Notes: generated by a model from the sequence alone, not told the origin. A stretch of 64,000 nt of DNA from Caldilineaceae bacterium (GCA_023384455.1 JAHDWH010000004.1:834-64833), one strand, 5' to 3'; positions 18,724 through 28,342 are shown, numbered from the stretch's first letter. Program-made: numbers and translations.

Positions 18724-19195
18724 TTACTTGTTCAGGAGAGGATGCCCGGCCGCCTGCCACGCATTGAAGCCACCATCCAGTTCGTAAATTTGGGTGTAGC
18801 CTGCTGCGGCTAGTTCGGCGGTAGCCTGGGTGCTCATACTGCTGCTGCGGCAATAGATGACGATAGCCTGTAAATTGACGCAAAATAGTACGATATCGAG
18901 CCAAAATTGACGAAAACCGACCCGGAATTGGGGTGCATTTCGCGATCTTGACTATCAAATTGCCCTGTTCTGCCTATGACGCACCGCGGCTCTAAACTCA
19001 AGGTGTTAAGTTTTTGCCGTCCAATGTAGGGGGCAATTATTCTACGGAAATATCCACGTATCCATCCCTGTTTTTGGCTGTGTCGGGCAGTGATACCTGG
19101 GCAGCCTGACTGCTCCCTGTCGGGGTGGCGGTCTGGGGCGCGCCGGTACAACTGACCAGCATTCCTGCGGCGAGAAGCGCTTGCCACCGCCTCAT
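18724..19195 (-). pseudogene. Disrupted lipoprotein rhodanese: N-terminal 52 aa (19037-19195) and C-terminal 48 aa (18724-18867), with unrelated sequence between
   Basis: N-terminal piece: MRRWQALLAAGMLVSC lipobox ..GYVDISVE then a stop. C-terminal piece: AIVIYCRSSSMS..GYTQIYELDGGFNAWQAAGHPL. Confidence 0.45.
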
Positions 19196-19211
19196 CGGTT
19201 TGTCTCTCTTT

Positions 19212-19622
19212 CTATGCCGGCATGGGTTCGGACAGGCTCGCCAGCACCTGACGCAAACGACTGTTGGCTTCATCGGCCACGGGCTGTAAATCTGGATTGC
19301 CCACAAAACCTATCATTTGCAGGGGATCGACGATACTGACTGTGCTTGTCTCGTCGCCGTTATCGTAGACGATGACATTGCAGGGCAGAAGCAGTCCCAG
19401 TTCTGGTTCGGCTTGCAGGCCGCGATAGGCCAGTTTGGGGTTACACGCACCCAGAATGATGTAGGGCTGCACATCTACATCCAGCTTCTTCTTCATTGTG
19501 GCCTGCACGTCGATTTCGGTCAAGACGCCGAAACCTTCTGTCTTGAGGGCGTCCGTGACCAGGGGGATTGCCTGGGCATAGGGGGTGGGGATAATTGTGC
19601 GGAATCCGTATTCGATTTTCAT
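19212..19622 (-). CDS. DUF302-domain protein
   Basis: FGVLTEIDVQATMKKKL..YIILGACNP motif. An AAGGAGAAG RBS precedes the ATG at 19622. Confidence 0.75.
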   Translation of the reverse strand: MKIEYGFRTIIPTPYAQAIPLVTDALKTEGFGVLTEIDVQATMKKKLDVDVQPYIILGACNPKLAYRGLQAEPELGLLLPCNVIVYDNGDETSTVSIVDPLQMIGFVGNPDLQPVADEANSRLRQVLASLSEPMPA

Positions 19623-19812
19623 CTGTTGGGTCTTCTCCTTTGTAAACGGCAATTCAACAATACGACTATTCTACAAGACTCAACGCCCAGTGTGCTAAAA
19701 ACGTTCCCAGCGTACACCGGGGGCATTGACTTGACCGAATCCGTTTGACCCACAGGCAAAGCCGCGCTAGACTATCCTCAACGGTTCCTGTCACCCTTTC
19801 CGCGAGGTCACT

Positions 19813-21798
19813 ATGCCTGCCCATCCCACCGTTCGCTCCAGCTATTGGCGTCTGCTTCCCCTGTTGGCCCTTCTTCTCCTGGCGGCCTGCGTCTCGGCTA
19901 CGCCGGCTCCCACCGTTGACATCCTTTCGCTCCCGGCTGATCCGGCGACACCCGCGGTCACCCCCGTTCCGATCTTTACACCGACTCCGCCCCCGTCCCC
20001 GGCCGTCACCGGCGGGGTCGAGCTGCCTCAGCTTTTCGCCGACAGCCTGGGCATCCTCCTGCAACCGGGCAGCGGTACGTGGGAGAGCGTGCAAGTCTTG
20101 CCCCTGACGCCAGAACTGTGGGCCGCCTTCACCACCGGCTTCCGCTCCTTCGACCCGCTCCGGAATCACGCGGTCGCCATCTTCACCCAGGAGGACGGCT
20201 TCTGGATTGAGTTGGGCCGAGCCGAACTGGAATGTCCCGACTACGTGGACAGCCGTTCGGTCCAGCAGGTGGTATTGGATCAGGCATCGATCTGGCTGGT
20301 CGTTGATGCGGGCACAGGCGCACACAGCGGCTGCTTCGATCTTCTGCGCTGGGATGGCGCGGCCCTGACGATTGCCGCCAGCGGCTTCAACAGCAGCCCC
20401 GGCGCGGGGGAGGTGCGGGATGTGGACGGCGACGGCCAGCCGGAGGTCGTGCTGAACAACACAGACCCGTATGTCTTCTGCTATGCCTGTGGCGTGCGTC
20501 TCTTTGATTTGTCGATTCTGCGCTGGAATGGCACAGAACTGCTCCCGGTGGAACTGACCCGCCTGCCCGCCGACACCGTAGCCGATCTGCGCGAGGCCAA
20601 CAACCGGGCGGTGGAACTGGCCTCGGCCAGCCTCTTCCCCGCCGCCCTGCCCCTCATCGACGAAGCCTTGACCTATGCGCCCAACGACGAACGGGTCTAC
20701 TGGAATCATCAGCTACTCCACGCCCTGGCCCAGGGGCGCAGAGAGTATGCGGATTCTACACCCTTCCCCCTTCTCAACTGGGCTTTCTATGGGGATTGGG
20801 ACGCAGCCCTGGCCGAGTTGGACGAATATACCCCAGCCCAAATTTTTGATCCCCAGAAGGCGCTGCTGCAAGAGACCGCCGCCGCAGGCTGGGAGGAGAC
20901 CCTGGCCGACTGGATTCTGGCCTTCTCCGAACCAGCCCTGGCCGCCCAGCCCGACCTGGCCCCGGCCTGGTTTTTGCAGGGCTGGGCGCGCTTTCTAAAA
21001 GACCCCGGCGATCCGGCTGTGCGAACGGATGTGGAGCAGGCCGCCCGCCTGACCCCAACGAAACCCCTCTACCGGGCCAGTCTGGAACGTCTGAGCAGCC
21101 GGGGCGTCAGCCAGCCCACACCCACAGCACTACCGACGGCTATGCCCGCTTCGGCTATGCCCGCTTCGGCTATCCCCCCGCCAGCCACCGTCGAGACAGT
21201 GCGCTTCCTTACGGGCGCAACAGTCCACGAACTGCCGGTCAATCTGGGCGACGGCGCTGTGCGTGGCTACCGGCTGGGGATTGGCGCAGGCCAAAAGCTC
21301 TACGTGACTGCTTCGGGCACTGCGCGCGTCTGGCTTGTCGATGGGGCTGACCGGCCCGTAGCTTCGATTGGCGATGGGGGTGCAATCCGCTTCGACATCC
21401 CGGCCACTGCGAACTACACACTCATTCTTCAGGGCAGCGGAGCAGCGGATATTCTGCTGGCGATCCCACCCCTTTCCCCACCGGAAACCCTTCCCCCAAC
21501 CAGCACCGAACGGGTACGTTTTGCCACTGGGACAACATCCGCCACTTTGGAAGCGACGCTGGCGCGGGGTGCGCCCATTGGCTATCTTCTGGGCATCGGC
21601 GCGGGCCAGCGGTTGTGGGTCACTGCCACGCTGGGGGATGTGGGCTTTTGGCTGCTGGACCCGGAGGGCAAAACCCTTTCGCCCCTCAACCGCACCAGCC
21701 GCGTTGGCGAATATGCCATCCCCCGCACGGGGAACTATACGCTTGTGCTGGACGGGGAAGGGCCTGTGCAGATAGTAGTGGAGATTCCGCCACGATAG
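19813..21798 (+). CDS. Secreted lipoprotein with an FG-GAP/VCBS-like motif and two C-terminal beta-sandwich repeats of about 95 aa
   Basis: Lipobox LLLLAAC, DVDGDGQPEVV, and a duplicated block VRF.TG.T...L...L..G...GY.LGIGAGQ.L.VTA. Confidence 0.65.
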   Translation: MPAHPTVRSSYWRLLPLLALLLLAACVSATPAPTVDILSLPADPATPAVTPVPIFTPTPPPSPAVTGGVELPQLFADSLGILLQPGSGTWESVQVLPLTPELWAAFTTGFRSFDPLRNHAVAIFTQEDGFWIELGRAELECPDYVDSRSVQQVVLDQASIWLVVDAGTGAHSGCFDLLRWDGAALTIAASGFNSSPGAGEVRDVDGDGQPEVVLNNTDPYVFCYACGVRLFDLSILRWNGTELLPVELTRLPADTVADLREANNRAVELASASLFPAALPLIDEALTYAPNDERVYWNHQLLHALAQGRREYADSTPFPLLNWAFYGDWDAALAELDEYTPAQIFDPQKALLQETAAAGWEETLADWILAFSEPALAAQPDLAPAWFLQGWARFLKDPGDPAVRTDVEQAARLTPTKPLYRASLERLSSRGVSQPTPTALPTAMPASAMPASAIPPPATVETVRFLTGATVHELPVNLGDGAVRGYRLGIGAGQKLYVTASGTARVWLVDGADRPVASIGDGGAIRFDIPATANYTLILQGSGAADILLAIPPLSPPETLPPTSTERVRFATGTTSATLEATLARGAPIGYLLGIGAGQRLWVTATLGDVGFWLLDPEGKTLSPLNRTSRVGEYAIPRTGNYTLVLDGEGPVQIVVEIPPR

Positions 21799-21803
21799 TT
21801 TTG

Positions 21804-21873
21804 AACGCAGATTTTCGCAGAAGGGCGCAGATTGCGCAGAAAAAACCTCTTTGCGTCTTTGCACCTTTGCGTT
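21804..21873 (+). terminator. Repeat-built hairpin (CGCAGA units against UUUGCG units) that pairs fully only as plus-strand RNA, through G.U wobbles
   Basis: Four CGCAGA(A/T) units at 21806-21840 and three CTTTGC(G/A) units at 21849-21873, directly after the stop at 21798. Confidence 0.45.
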
Positions 21874-21887
21874 GAAAAGGTAACCGA

Positions 21888-22727
21888 ATGATCCGTGAAA
21901 TTCCCGTCGCCCGCATCCGGGAAGCCGTCGAGACGCTCCTGAGCGAAGCCGCCTACCGCCTGCCCGCCGACTATCTGGCCGGCCTGGAAGCCTCCGCGCC
22001 CGCCGAGCCGTCGCCCATCGGCCGCCAGGTCATCGAACTTCTGCTGGAAAACTCGGCCTACGCCCAGGCCGAACAGATTCCCACCTGCCAGGATACGGGG
22101 ATGGCGATGCTCTTTCTGGAAGTGGGACAGGAGGTCCATTTCAGCGGCGGCGACCTGCACGGGGCGATTCAGGACGGAGTGCGGGCGGCCTATGCGTCGC
22201 TACGTAAATCGGTGGTGGGCGACCCCATCCGCCGGGCCAACACCGGCGACAATACGCCGGGGCTGATCCACTACGAAATTGTGGCGGGGGATCGGGTGGG
22301 TTTAACCGTTCTGCAAAAAGGCTTTGGCGCTGAGTTGGTGAGCCGCTTGCAGATGTTCCCGCCGTCGGTGGGCGTGGAAGGGGTCAAACGTTACGTCGTC
22401 GAGACAATCGAACTGGCCGGCCCCAACGCCTGCCCGCCGGTAATCGTGGGCGTGGGGCTGGGCGGCAGCTTTGATACGGTGGCCCATTTGGCAAAAAAGG
22501 CGCTTCTGCGTCCCATCGGCAGCCTGCATCCCGCGCCCCACCTGGCCGGGTTGGAGGCCGATCTGCTGGACGCCATCAACCGCACGGGCATCGGCCCCCA
22601 GGGGCTGGGCGGGCGGGTGACTGCCCTGGCCGTGCATATCGAAGCCGGGGCCACCCACATCGGCGCGCTGCCCGTGGCCGTCAATCTCAACTGCTCGGCC
22701 CCCCGGCGGGCCCGGGTGGAGATTTGA
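21888..22727 (+). CDS. Fe-S type (class I) fumarate/tartrate hydro-lyase, alpha subunit
   Basis: CQDTGMA motif and the length and layout of the TtdA/FumA N-terminal domain. Confidence 0.85.
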   Translation: MIREIPVARIREAVETLLSEAAYRLPADYLAGLEASAPAEPSPIGRQVIELLLENSAYAQAEQIPTCQDTGMAMLFLEVGQEVHFSGGDLHGAIQDGVRAAYASLRKSVVGDPIRRANTGDNTPGLIHYEIVAGDRVGLTVLQKGFGAELVSRLQMFPPSVGVEGVKRYVVETIELAGPNACPPVIVGVGLGGSFDTVAHLAKKALLRPIGSLHPAPHLAGLEADLLDAINRTGIGPQGLGGRVTALAVHIEAGATHIGALPVAVNLNCSAPRRARVEI

Positions 22728-22731
22728 GAGT

Positions 22732-22823
22732 GGGGACTGGGGACTGGGGATCGGGGATCGGGAACGGACGCCCGACTCATTTACAATTCATAATTCACTA
22801 TTCACTATTCACCATTCACTATT
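22732..22823. repeat. Two unrelated heptad arrays side by side: (GGGGACT/GGGGATC)x4-5 and (TTCACTA)x5
   Basis: Arrays at 22732-22766 and 22787-22823. They have no complementary arm and lie between the alpha and beta subunit genes. Confidence 0.8.
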
Positions 22824-22834
22824 TTCCCCTCCCT

Positions 22835-23383
22835 ATGCCCAGCCTAACCCTTCCCCTCACCGACACTGACCTTCTGCCTTTGCACGCGGGCGACAGCCTG
22901 CGCATCAGCGGCGTCATCTACACCGCCAGAGACGCGGCCCACAAGCGGCTGGTCGAACTGATCGAGCGGGGCGATCCCCTGCCCATCGACCTGGCGGGCC
23001 AAACCCTCTATTACGTGGGACCGGCCCCGGCCAAAGCGGGCCACGTCATCGGCCCGGCAGGACCGACCACCAGCGGGCGGATGGATTCGTATACGCTCCC
23101 CCTCCTGAGCCTGGGCGTGAAACTGCTGATCGGCAAAGGCTACCGCTCACCGGAGGTAAAGGCGGCGCTGGTGGCGCAGCGGGCCGTCTACGCCGCGGCC
23201 GTGGGCGGCGCGGCTGCACTGCTGGCCCGCCACATCCACAGCAGCCGGGTGGTGGCCTGGCCGGAACTGGGCACAGAGGCCATCCACGAATTGACCGTCG
23301 AGGGCTTTCCGGCTATTGTCATCAATGACTGTCACGGCGGGGACGCGTATGTGGATGGACGGGGAAAATGGATGATGGGATGA
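22835..23383 (+). CDS. Fe-S type hydro-lyase (fumarase/tartrate dehydratase), beta subunit
   Basis: GVIYTARDAAHKRL..GPTTSGRMD motif. The start was trimmed to the ATG at 22835, beyond the repeat arrays. Confidence 0.85.
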   Translation: MPSLTLPLTDTDLLPLHAGDSLRISGVIYTARDAAHKRLVELIERGDPLPIDLAGQTLYYVGPAPAKAGHVIGPAGPTTSGRMDSYTLPLLSLGVKLLIGKGYRSPEVKAALVAQRAVYAAAVGGAAALLARHIHSSRVVAWPELGTEAIHELTVEGFPAIVINDCHGGDAYVDGRGKWMMG

Positions 23384-23476
23384 TGGCACGTCATCATCTC
23401 ATTATCCCATCATCTTTTGCCTGCCCCACCTGCCACCTGTGACTTTTCACCGCCACCTTCCACAGGAGGTCATCCA

Positions 23477-24352
23477 ATGCAATTCGGTCTTTCTCTGCCC
23501 CAATTTGGCCCGTTTGGTGATGTGCGTAAGCTGATGGAGCTGGCCCAGACCGCGGAAGCCGCGGGCTGGGACGGCTTCTTTATTTGGGATCACGTAATTT
23601 TTGACGATCTTTGGCGACCGATGGTGGACCCCTGGGTAGCCCTGGCCGCCATCGCCACCGCCACCGAGCGGGTGCGCATCGGCCCGCTCATCACTCCCGT
23701 AGCCCGGCGGCGGCCCTGGAAACTGGCGAGAGAGAGCGTCTCCCTCGACCGGCTCTCCGGCGGGCGGCTGATTCTGGGCGTGGGGTTGGGGTCGCCGGAG
23801 AAGTGGGAGTTCGGCGCGTTTGGCGAAGAGACCGACAACCGCATCCGCGCCGAAAAGCTGGACGAGGGGCTGGAGATTCTGCTCGGTCTGTGGAGCGGGG
23901 AAACCTTCCGTTTTCAGGGCAAGCACTATCAATTGGAGGAGGTGCGCTTTCTGCCCACACCGTTCCAACAACCCCGCATCCCCATTTGGGTGGCCGGTCT
24001 CTGGCCCAACAAACCGCCTATGCGCCGGGCCGCCCGTTTCGACGGGGCCATCCCCATCAAAGTCCAGGGCACGCTGACCCCGGACGAGTGGCGGGATGCC
24101 CTGGCCTACATCCACCAGCAGCGGGCGGGCGACAAACCCTTCGATGCCGTGGCGATGGGCGTGACGCCGGGGGACGATCCCCAGCGGGCCGGGGAGACAA
24201 TCGCCGCCTACGCCGACGCCGGGTGCAATTGGTGGATCGAGGACATCAGCCCCTACGGCTACGGCCTGCCCTGGAGCGCCCGGGAATGGCCCACTGGGAT
24301 GGAAGTCCGTCTGGAAGAGCGCATCCGCCAGGGGCCGCCGAAACAAATCTGA
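23477..24352 (+). CDS. LLM-class (luciferase-like), probably F420-dependent, oxidoreductase
   Basis: MQFGLSLPQFG start preceded by an AGGAGG RBS, and GRLILGVGLG. Confidence 0.75.
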   Translation: MQFGLSLPQFGPFGDVRKLMELAQTAEAAGWDGFFIWDHVIFDDLWRPMVDPWVALAAIATATERVRIGPLITPVARRRPWKLARESVSLDRLSGGRLILGVGLGSPEKWEFGAFGEETDNRIRAEKLDEGLEILLGLWSGETFRFQGKHYQLEEVRFLPTPFQQPRIPIWVAGLWPNKPPMRRAARFDGAIPIKVQGTLTPDEWRDALAYIHQQRAGDKPFDAVAMGVTPGDDPQRAGETIAAYADAGCNWWIEDISPYGYGLPWSAREWPTGMEVRLEERIRQGPPKQI

Positions 24353-24484
24353 CAAGGTGACACGCGTAGGGGCATAAGGTGGGGCGGGCAGATCATTCGC
24401 CTTCGCCGGCAAATTTTGTCCCGCCCCACCTCGTGCCCCTACACCTGCAACTTTCTGCTTTCAACACACACCGAGGCTCTTTCA

Positions 24485-25297
24485 ATGTACACACTTTCCA
24501 ACGACCAACTGACTGTTTCTATTCTCGACCCCATAGCGGACCAGGCGCGCTTTGGCGTGCGCTATTGCACGGGCGGCTATATTTTCCAGATTTCCGATGC
24601 CCGGCTGGGCGATCTGATGAGCGGGCCGACCTACCCGGAGAGCTTCAACTGGTTCGACGGCCAGGGCATCCCCGACGCTTTCAACCTGCACCCCCTGCGC
24701 GACCCGAAGGGGGACGATTCCCTGGCGCTGATACTCGGCATTGGCCTCTGCAATCTGGCCGAGCGCACTGTGTCCGAATTCTGCGTGTGGGATGTGGAGG
24801 AGAGCGCCGATGCTATCCGTATGACCACCCATCACGACTGGCGGGGCTACGACGTGACCCTCGAACGCACCGTTTCGCTACACGAACGGACTGTGCGCTC
24901 GGATACCCGGCTGGTCAACCGGGGTGGGCCCCTGCCCATCCGCTGGTTTCCCCACCCGTTTTATCCCCAAACGAAAAGCGACGAACTGTTGAAAGTGAAT
25001 ATCCCTGTGACAGTCGTAGACAATCCCGGCTACGAACTGGCCCCCAGCGGCTTTATCGCCCGCAAGGGCTGGCCCTGGGACAAAGGCTACTATCTGGCCC
25101 TGGACCACACCGCCGGGCGCGGACTTACAATCTTCCAGCGCCACCCCCTGCTGGGCACAGTGACAGCCTCGTGCAGCTACGACCCGACCTACTTTCCCAT
25201 CTGGGGCAACCCTCGGACTTTCTCCTGGGAGCCTTTCCTGGAGCGCACAATCGGCGGCGGGCTGGCATCCGAATGGCGGATTGATTACGATTTTTAG
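24485..25297 (+). CDS. Hypothetical protein (possibly a mutarotase-like beta-sandwich)
   Basis: Long ORF with native codon bias and no diagnostic motif. The start was trimmed to the ATG at 24485. Confidence 0.55.
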   Translation: MYTLSNDQLTVSILDPIADQARFGVRYCTGGYIFQISDARLGDLMSGPTYPESFNWFDGQGIPDAFNLHPLRDPKGDDSLALILGIGLCNLAERTVSEFCVWDVEESADAIRMTTHHDWRGYDVTLERTVSLHERTVRSDTRLVNRGGPLPIRWFPHPFYPQTKSDELLKVNIPVTVVDNPGYELAPSGFIARKGWPWDKGYYLALDHTAGRGLTIFQRHPLLGTVTASCSYDPTYFPIWGNPRTFSWEPFLERTIGGGLASEWRIDYDF

Positions 25298-25335
25298 GTG
25301 AAAGAAACAGTAGATTGGCAGGAGATTCTCGCCGA

Positions 25336-25396
25336 AACGTAAAACGTAAAACGTGAGATCACCCGGCCTTTTTCACCCATCACATTTCACGTTTCC
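25336..25396. repeat. AAAACGT heptad array with a weak complementary arm (tttcacgttt)
   Basis: (AAACGT)(AAAACGT)(AAAACGT)GAGA at 25335-25358, with the partner at 25385-25394 (one mismatch). Confidence 0.45.
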
Positions 25397-25430
25397 AGGC
25401 AAGGCTACAGCTTTCAGGCAGGAGAACCCA

Positions 25431-26372
25431 ATGCAACTCAACGGCATCCATCACATCACCGCAGTCTCCGCACAGATCGGCGTCAATGCAGATTTTTATA
25501 CGCGCGTGTTGGGTCTGCGGCTGGTCAAGAAGTCGGTGAATCAGGACGACACCTCGGCCTATCACCTCTTCTATGCGGACAAGACGGGCGCGCCTGGCAC
25601 GGATATGACTTTCTTCGACTGGGCGCAGGCGCCCCAGGAACGACGGGGCAGCGACAGCTTTGCAGCCACAGCTTTCCGGGTAGCCAGCCAGGAGGCGCTG
25701 GACTGGTGGCAGGCGCGGCTGGACGCCCACGGGATTCCCAACCACAGCCAGGAGGAGTTCGCCGGGCGGGCTGTGTTGCGCTTCGACGACCCGGAAGGCC
25801 AGCGGCTGATGCTGGTGGACGACGGCGGCGCGGCCTGGGACGGTACATTTTGGGAGAACGGCGGTGTGCCCGAAGCCTACAGCCTGCGGGGCTTCTACGC
25901 AGCGCTCATCGCCACGCCCCGACCAGACCAGATGGCGCAGATCGCCACCCGGCTGCTCAATTACCGGGAAGTGGAGCGCCAGGGAGAGGTGACGGTCTAC
26001 GCCACGGGCGAGGGCGGGCCGGGGCGGGAGCTGTGGGTGATGGAAGATCCCGGCGCGCCGGCCCATCCCGGCGCGGGCGGGGTGCATCACCTGGCCTTTC
26101 GGGTGGCGGATGCGCAAGAGCAACTGGCCTGGCGCAGCCACCTGACCGCGCTGGGCGCGGCTGTCTCCGATGTGATCGACCGTTTCTGGTTCAAATCCAT
26201 CTACTTCCGCATCAGCCGCGGCCTGCTCTGCGAGATTGCCACAGACGGCCCCGGCTTTGCCGTGGACGAAGACCCGGACGCGCTGGGGGAGCGGCTGGTC
26301 CTGCCCCCCTTTCTGGAAGGTCGGCGGGCGCAGATCGAAGCGGGGTTAAAGCCGATAGTTCAGGCCGGATAA
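25431..26372 (+). CDS. VOC-superfamily ring-cleaving dioxygenase / glyoxalase-family protein (two VOC modules)
   Basis: NGIHHITAV..FY..VLGLRLVKK..HLFY and a second module GGVHHLAFRV. Confidence 0.8.
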   Translation: MQLNGIHHITAVSAQIGVNADFYTRVLGLRLVKKSVNQDDTSAYHLFYADKTGAPGTDMTFFDWAQAPQERRGSDSFAATAFRVASQEALDWWQARLDAHGIPNHSQEEFAGRAVLRFDDPEGQRLMLVDDGGAAWDGTFWENGGVPEAYSLRGFYAALIATPRPDQMAQIATRLLNYREVERQGEVTVYATGEGGPGRELWVMEDPGAPAHPGAGGVHHLAFRVADAQEQLAWRSHLTALGAAVSDVIDRFWFKSIYFRISRGLLCEIATDGPGFAVDEDPDALGERLVLPPFLEGRRAQIEAGLKPIVQAG

Positions 26373-26419
26373 TCCAGAAAGCCAAACCACAAAGAGCCAA
26401 AGGCACGAAGTATTTCCCG

Positions 26420-28342
26420 ATGATATTCCGCAACCCAATGACAGCTTTCCCCCATCGCTTGCGCCGAATGTTCACCCGCTTCTCGGTTTGGGCCGAGAAG
26501 ATCGACCCCTACCTGGTGCTGATCTTTCTGGCTGCGCTCTTTGCGCTCTGGCCCCTGCTGGCCCCCGGCTATTTCTTCGGCGCGCACGATGGCCGCCACA
26601 GCGTCTTTTTCGTGTCGATGTTCGACGAGGCGATCCGGGATGGCGCGTTGTGGCCGCGCTGGGCTATGCACCACAACGCGGGCTATGGCTACCCAACTTT
26701 TATTGTCCAGGCACCCCTGGCCTTTTATGCGGCGGAGCTCTTCATTCTGCTGGGTGCGGGGATTACGACCGCGGTCAAGCTCACCTGGGCCGCTGGCTTT
26801 CTGCTGGGCGGCCTGGGAATGTATCTGTTGATTAGGGACTGGGGATTGGGGAACGGGGATCGGAGACTGCGATCTGCCCAGTCCCCAGTCCCCAGTCCCC
26901 AGTCCCTTCCCGCCCTGATTGCTGCCCTCCTATACATCTTCATCCCCTACCATCTGCTGGACATATACGTGCGGGCAGCCCTGGCCGAGACGACGCTGAT
27001 GGCCTGGTTTCCCTGGGTCATTCTGGCCTTCGACCGGCTGATTGTGCGGGGAGCCGATCCCGGTTGGCAACGACGCTTGCTCTGGGCCAGCCTCGCCTAT
27101 GGGGGGCTGTTGCTCACCCACGTCATCGCGCTCATCACCTTTACCCCTCTCCTTATCGCCTTCATTCTCTTCCGCCTGTGGACAGTCCGCCGTACTGCCC
27201 CGCCTCCCGTTTCCCGTTCTACGTCATCCGCCATTCGCAACTCGCAACTCGCCCCGCTCCTTCTATCTGCCAGCGCTGGTCTGGCCGCCCTGCTGCTGGC
27301 GGCCATTTTTCTGCTGCCGCTGCTGGCCGAAGGGCCCCTGCTGGACCAGAACGTCTACACCGGCAATACGTACAGCTACACCCGCCATTGGGTGCAGGTC
27401 AGCCAGTTCTTCGATCCCTTTTGGGGCTATGGCTTTTCGGATGATCCGGTGGGGGCCAACGACGGCATGGGTTTTCAGGTGGGGGTGCTGGCGCTGTTGC
27501 TGGGGATTGTGAGCGGACTGGGGCTGGGGCAGACGCGCAGGCCACGGGATCAGCGCTGGCAGATAGAGACCTTCCTGCTGCTGATTTCCGGCGGACTTCT
27601 GCTCTTTATTACACCCCTGGCCGAACCGATCTGGCGGCGGCTGCCGATGGTGGAGGTGATTCAGTTCCCCTGGCGCTTGCTGGCCCTGAGCAGTTTCACC
27701 CTGAGCGCGCTGGGCGGGCTGGCCGGGGCACGGCTGCTGGCAACCACAGACCCGGCGGCGACAGGCGGCGGCGTTGTGCTGGCGCTGTTGATTCTTTCCG
27801 CCAGCGGGAATTTCACCCGCCCGGAGTTCTTGCAACCGGTGGAGGCCTGGCGGGAAGATGGGCGGGCGGTCTATCAGTTCGAGCAGCAACACCCGGATAT
27901 GCTGGGCTACACCCGCTGGGTGGAACAGCCCTTCAGCCAATCCGCTATGACGCCCCAATACGCCGCGGACGATTTCGCCAATAGCCGATTGGAGCGCCTG
28001 GGGATTCTGACAGGGGAAGGCAGGGTTCTCAGCCACTACAGCCGGGGGCACTCCTTTGGCGGGGAAGCGGAGATGGGGTCCGCCGGGGTGGTGCAGCTAC
28101 GGGTCTACTTCTTTCCCGGCTGGCAGGTGCGGCTGGATGGGCAGCCGGTGGCCCATCGCCTTTCCCCACCGGACGGGCTGATCGAAATCGACGTACCGGC
28201 TGGCCGCCATCGGATCGATATGCGTATGGGCAGTACGCCTGTGCGGAGTGCCGGAATAGGGATTTCCGGCCTGGCACTGCTACTGTTGATTGTTCTTGAC
28301 GTGTCCAGTGGCTGGAAAAGAAAAGACGCGCAATTGGATTGA
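26420..28342 (+). CDS. Polytopic membrane protein, YfhO/COG5617-type glycosyltransferase-like
   Basis: GYFFGAHDGRHSVF..WP.W..HHNAGYGYPTF typical N-terminus and more than 10 TM segments. The upstream 240 aa of the track ORF overlap the dioxygenase gene and were trimmed. Confidence 0.7.
   Translation: MIFRNPMTAFPHRLRRMFTRFSVWAEKIDPYLVLIFLAALFALWPLLAPGYFFGAHDGRHSVFFVSMFDEAIRDGALWPRWAMHHNAGYGYPTFIVQAPLAFYAAELFILLGAGITTAVKLTWAAGFLLGGLGMYLLIRDWGLGNGDRRLRSAQSPVPSPQSLPALIAALLYIFIPYHLLDIYVRAALAETTLMAWFPWVILAFDRLIVRGADPGWQRRLLWASLAYGGLLLTHVIALITFTPLLIAFILFRLWTVRRTAPPPVSRSTSSAIRNSQLAPLLLSASAGLAALLLAAIFLLPLLAEGPLLDQNVYTGNTYSYTRHWVQVSQFFDPFWGYGFSDDPVGANDGMGFQVGVLALLLGIVSGLGLGQTRRPRDQRWQIETFLLLISGGLLLFITPLAEPIWRRLPMVEVIQFPWRLLALSSFTLSALGGLAGARLLATTDPAATGGGVVLALLILSASGNFTRPEFLQPVEAWREDGRAVYQFEQQHPDMLGYTRWVEQPFSQSAMTPQYAADDFANSRLERLGILTGEGRVLSHYSRGHSFGGEAEMGSAGVVQLRVYFFPGWQVRLDGQPVAHRLSPPDGLIEIDVPAGRHRIDMRMGSTPVRSAGIGISGLALLLLIVLDVSSGWKRKDAQLD
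26835..26907. repeat. GGGGAYT / AGTCCCC heptad hairpin lying in frame inside the membrane-protein CDS
   Basis: Left arm gggactggggattggggaacggggatcgg and right arm cccagtccccagtccccagtccccagtccc. It is translated as DWGLGNGDRRLRSAQSPVPSPQS. Confidence 0.8.

Noticed and set aside
25706-26419. N-terminal 238 aa of track ORF 25706-28342, giving one 878-aa protein.
   Set aside because: This part overlaps the VOC dioxygenase gene in another frame and is Arg/Gly/Pro-rich. The membrane-protein homology begins after the ATG at 26420.
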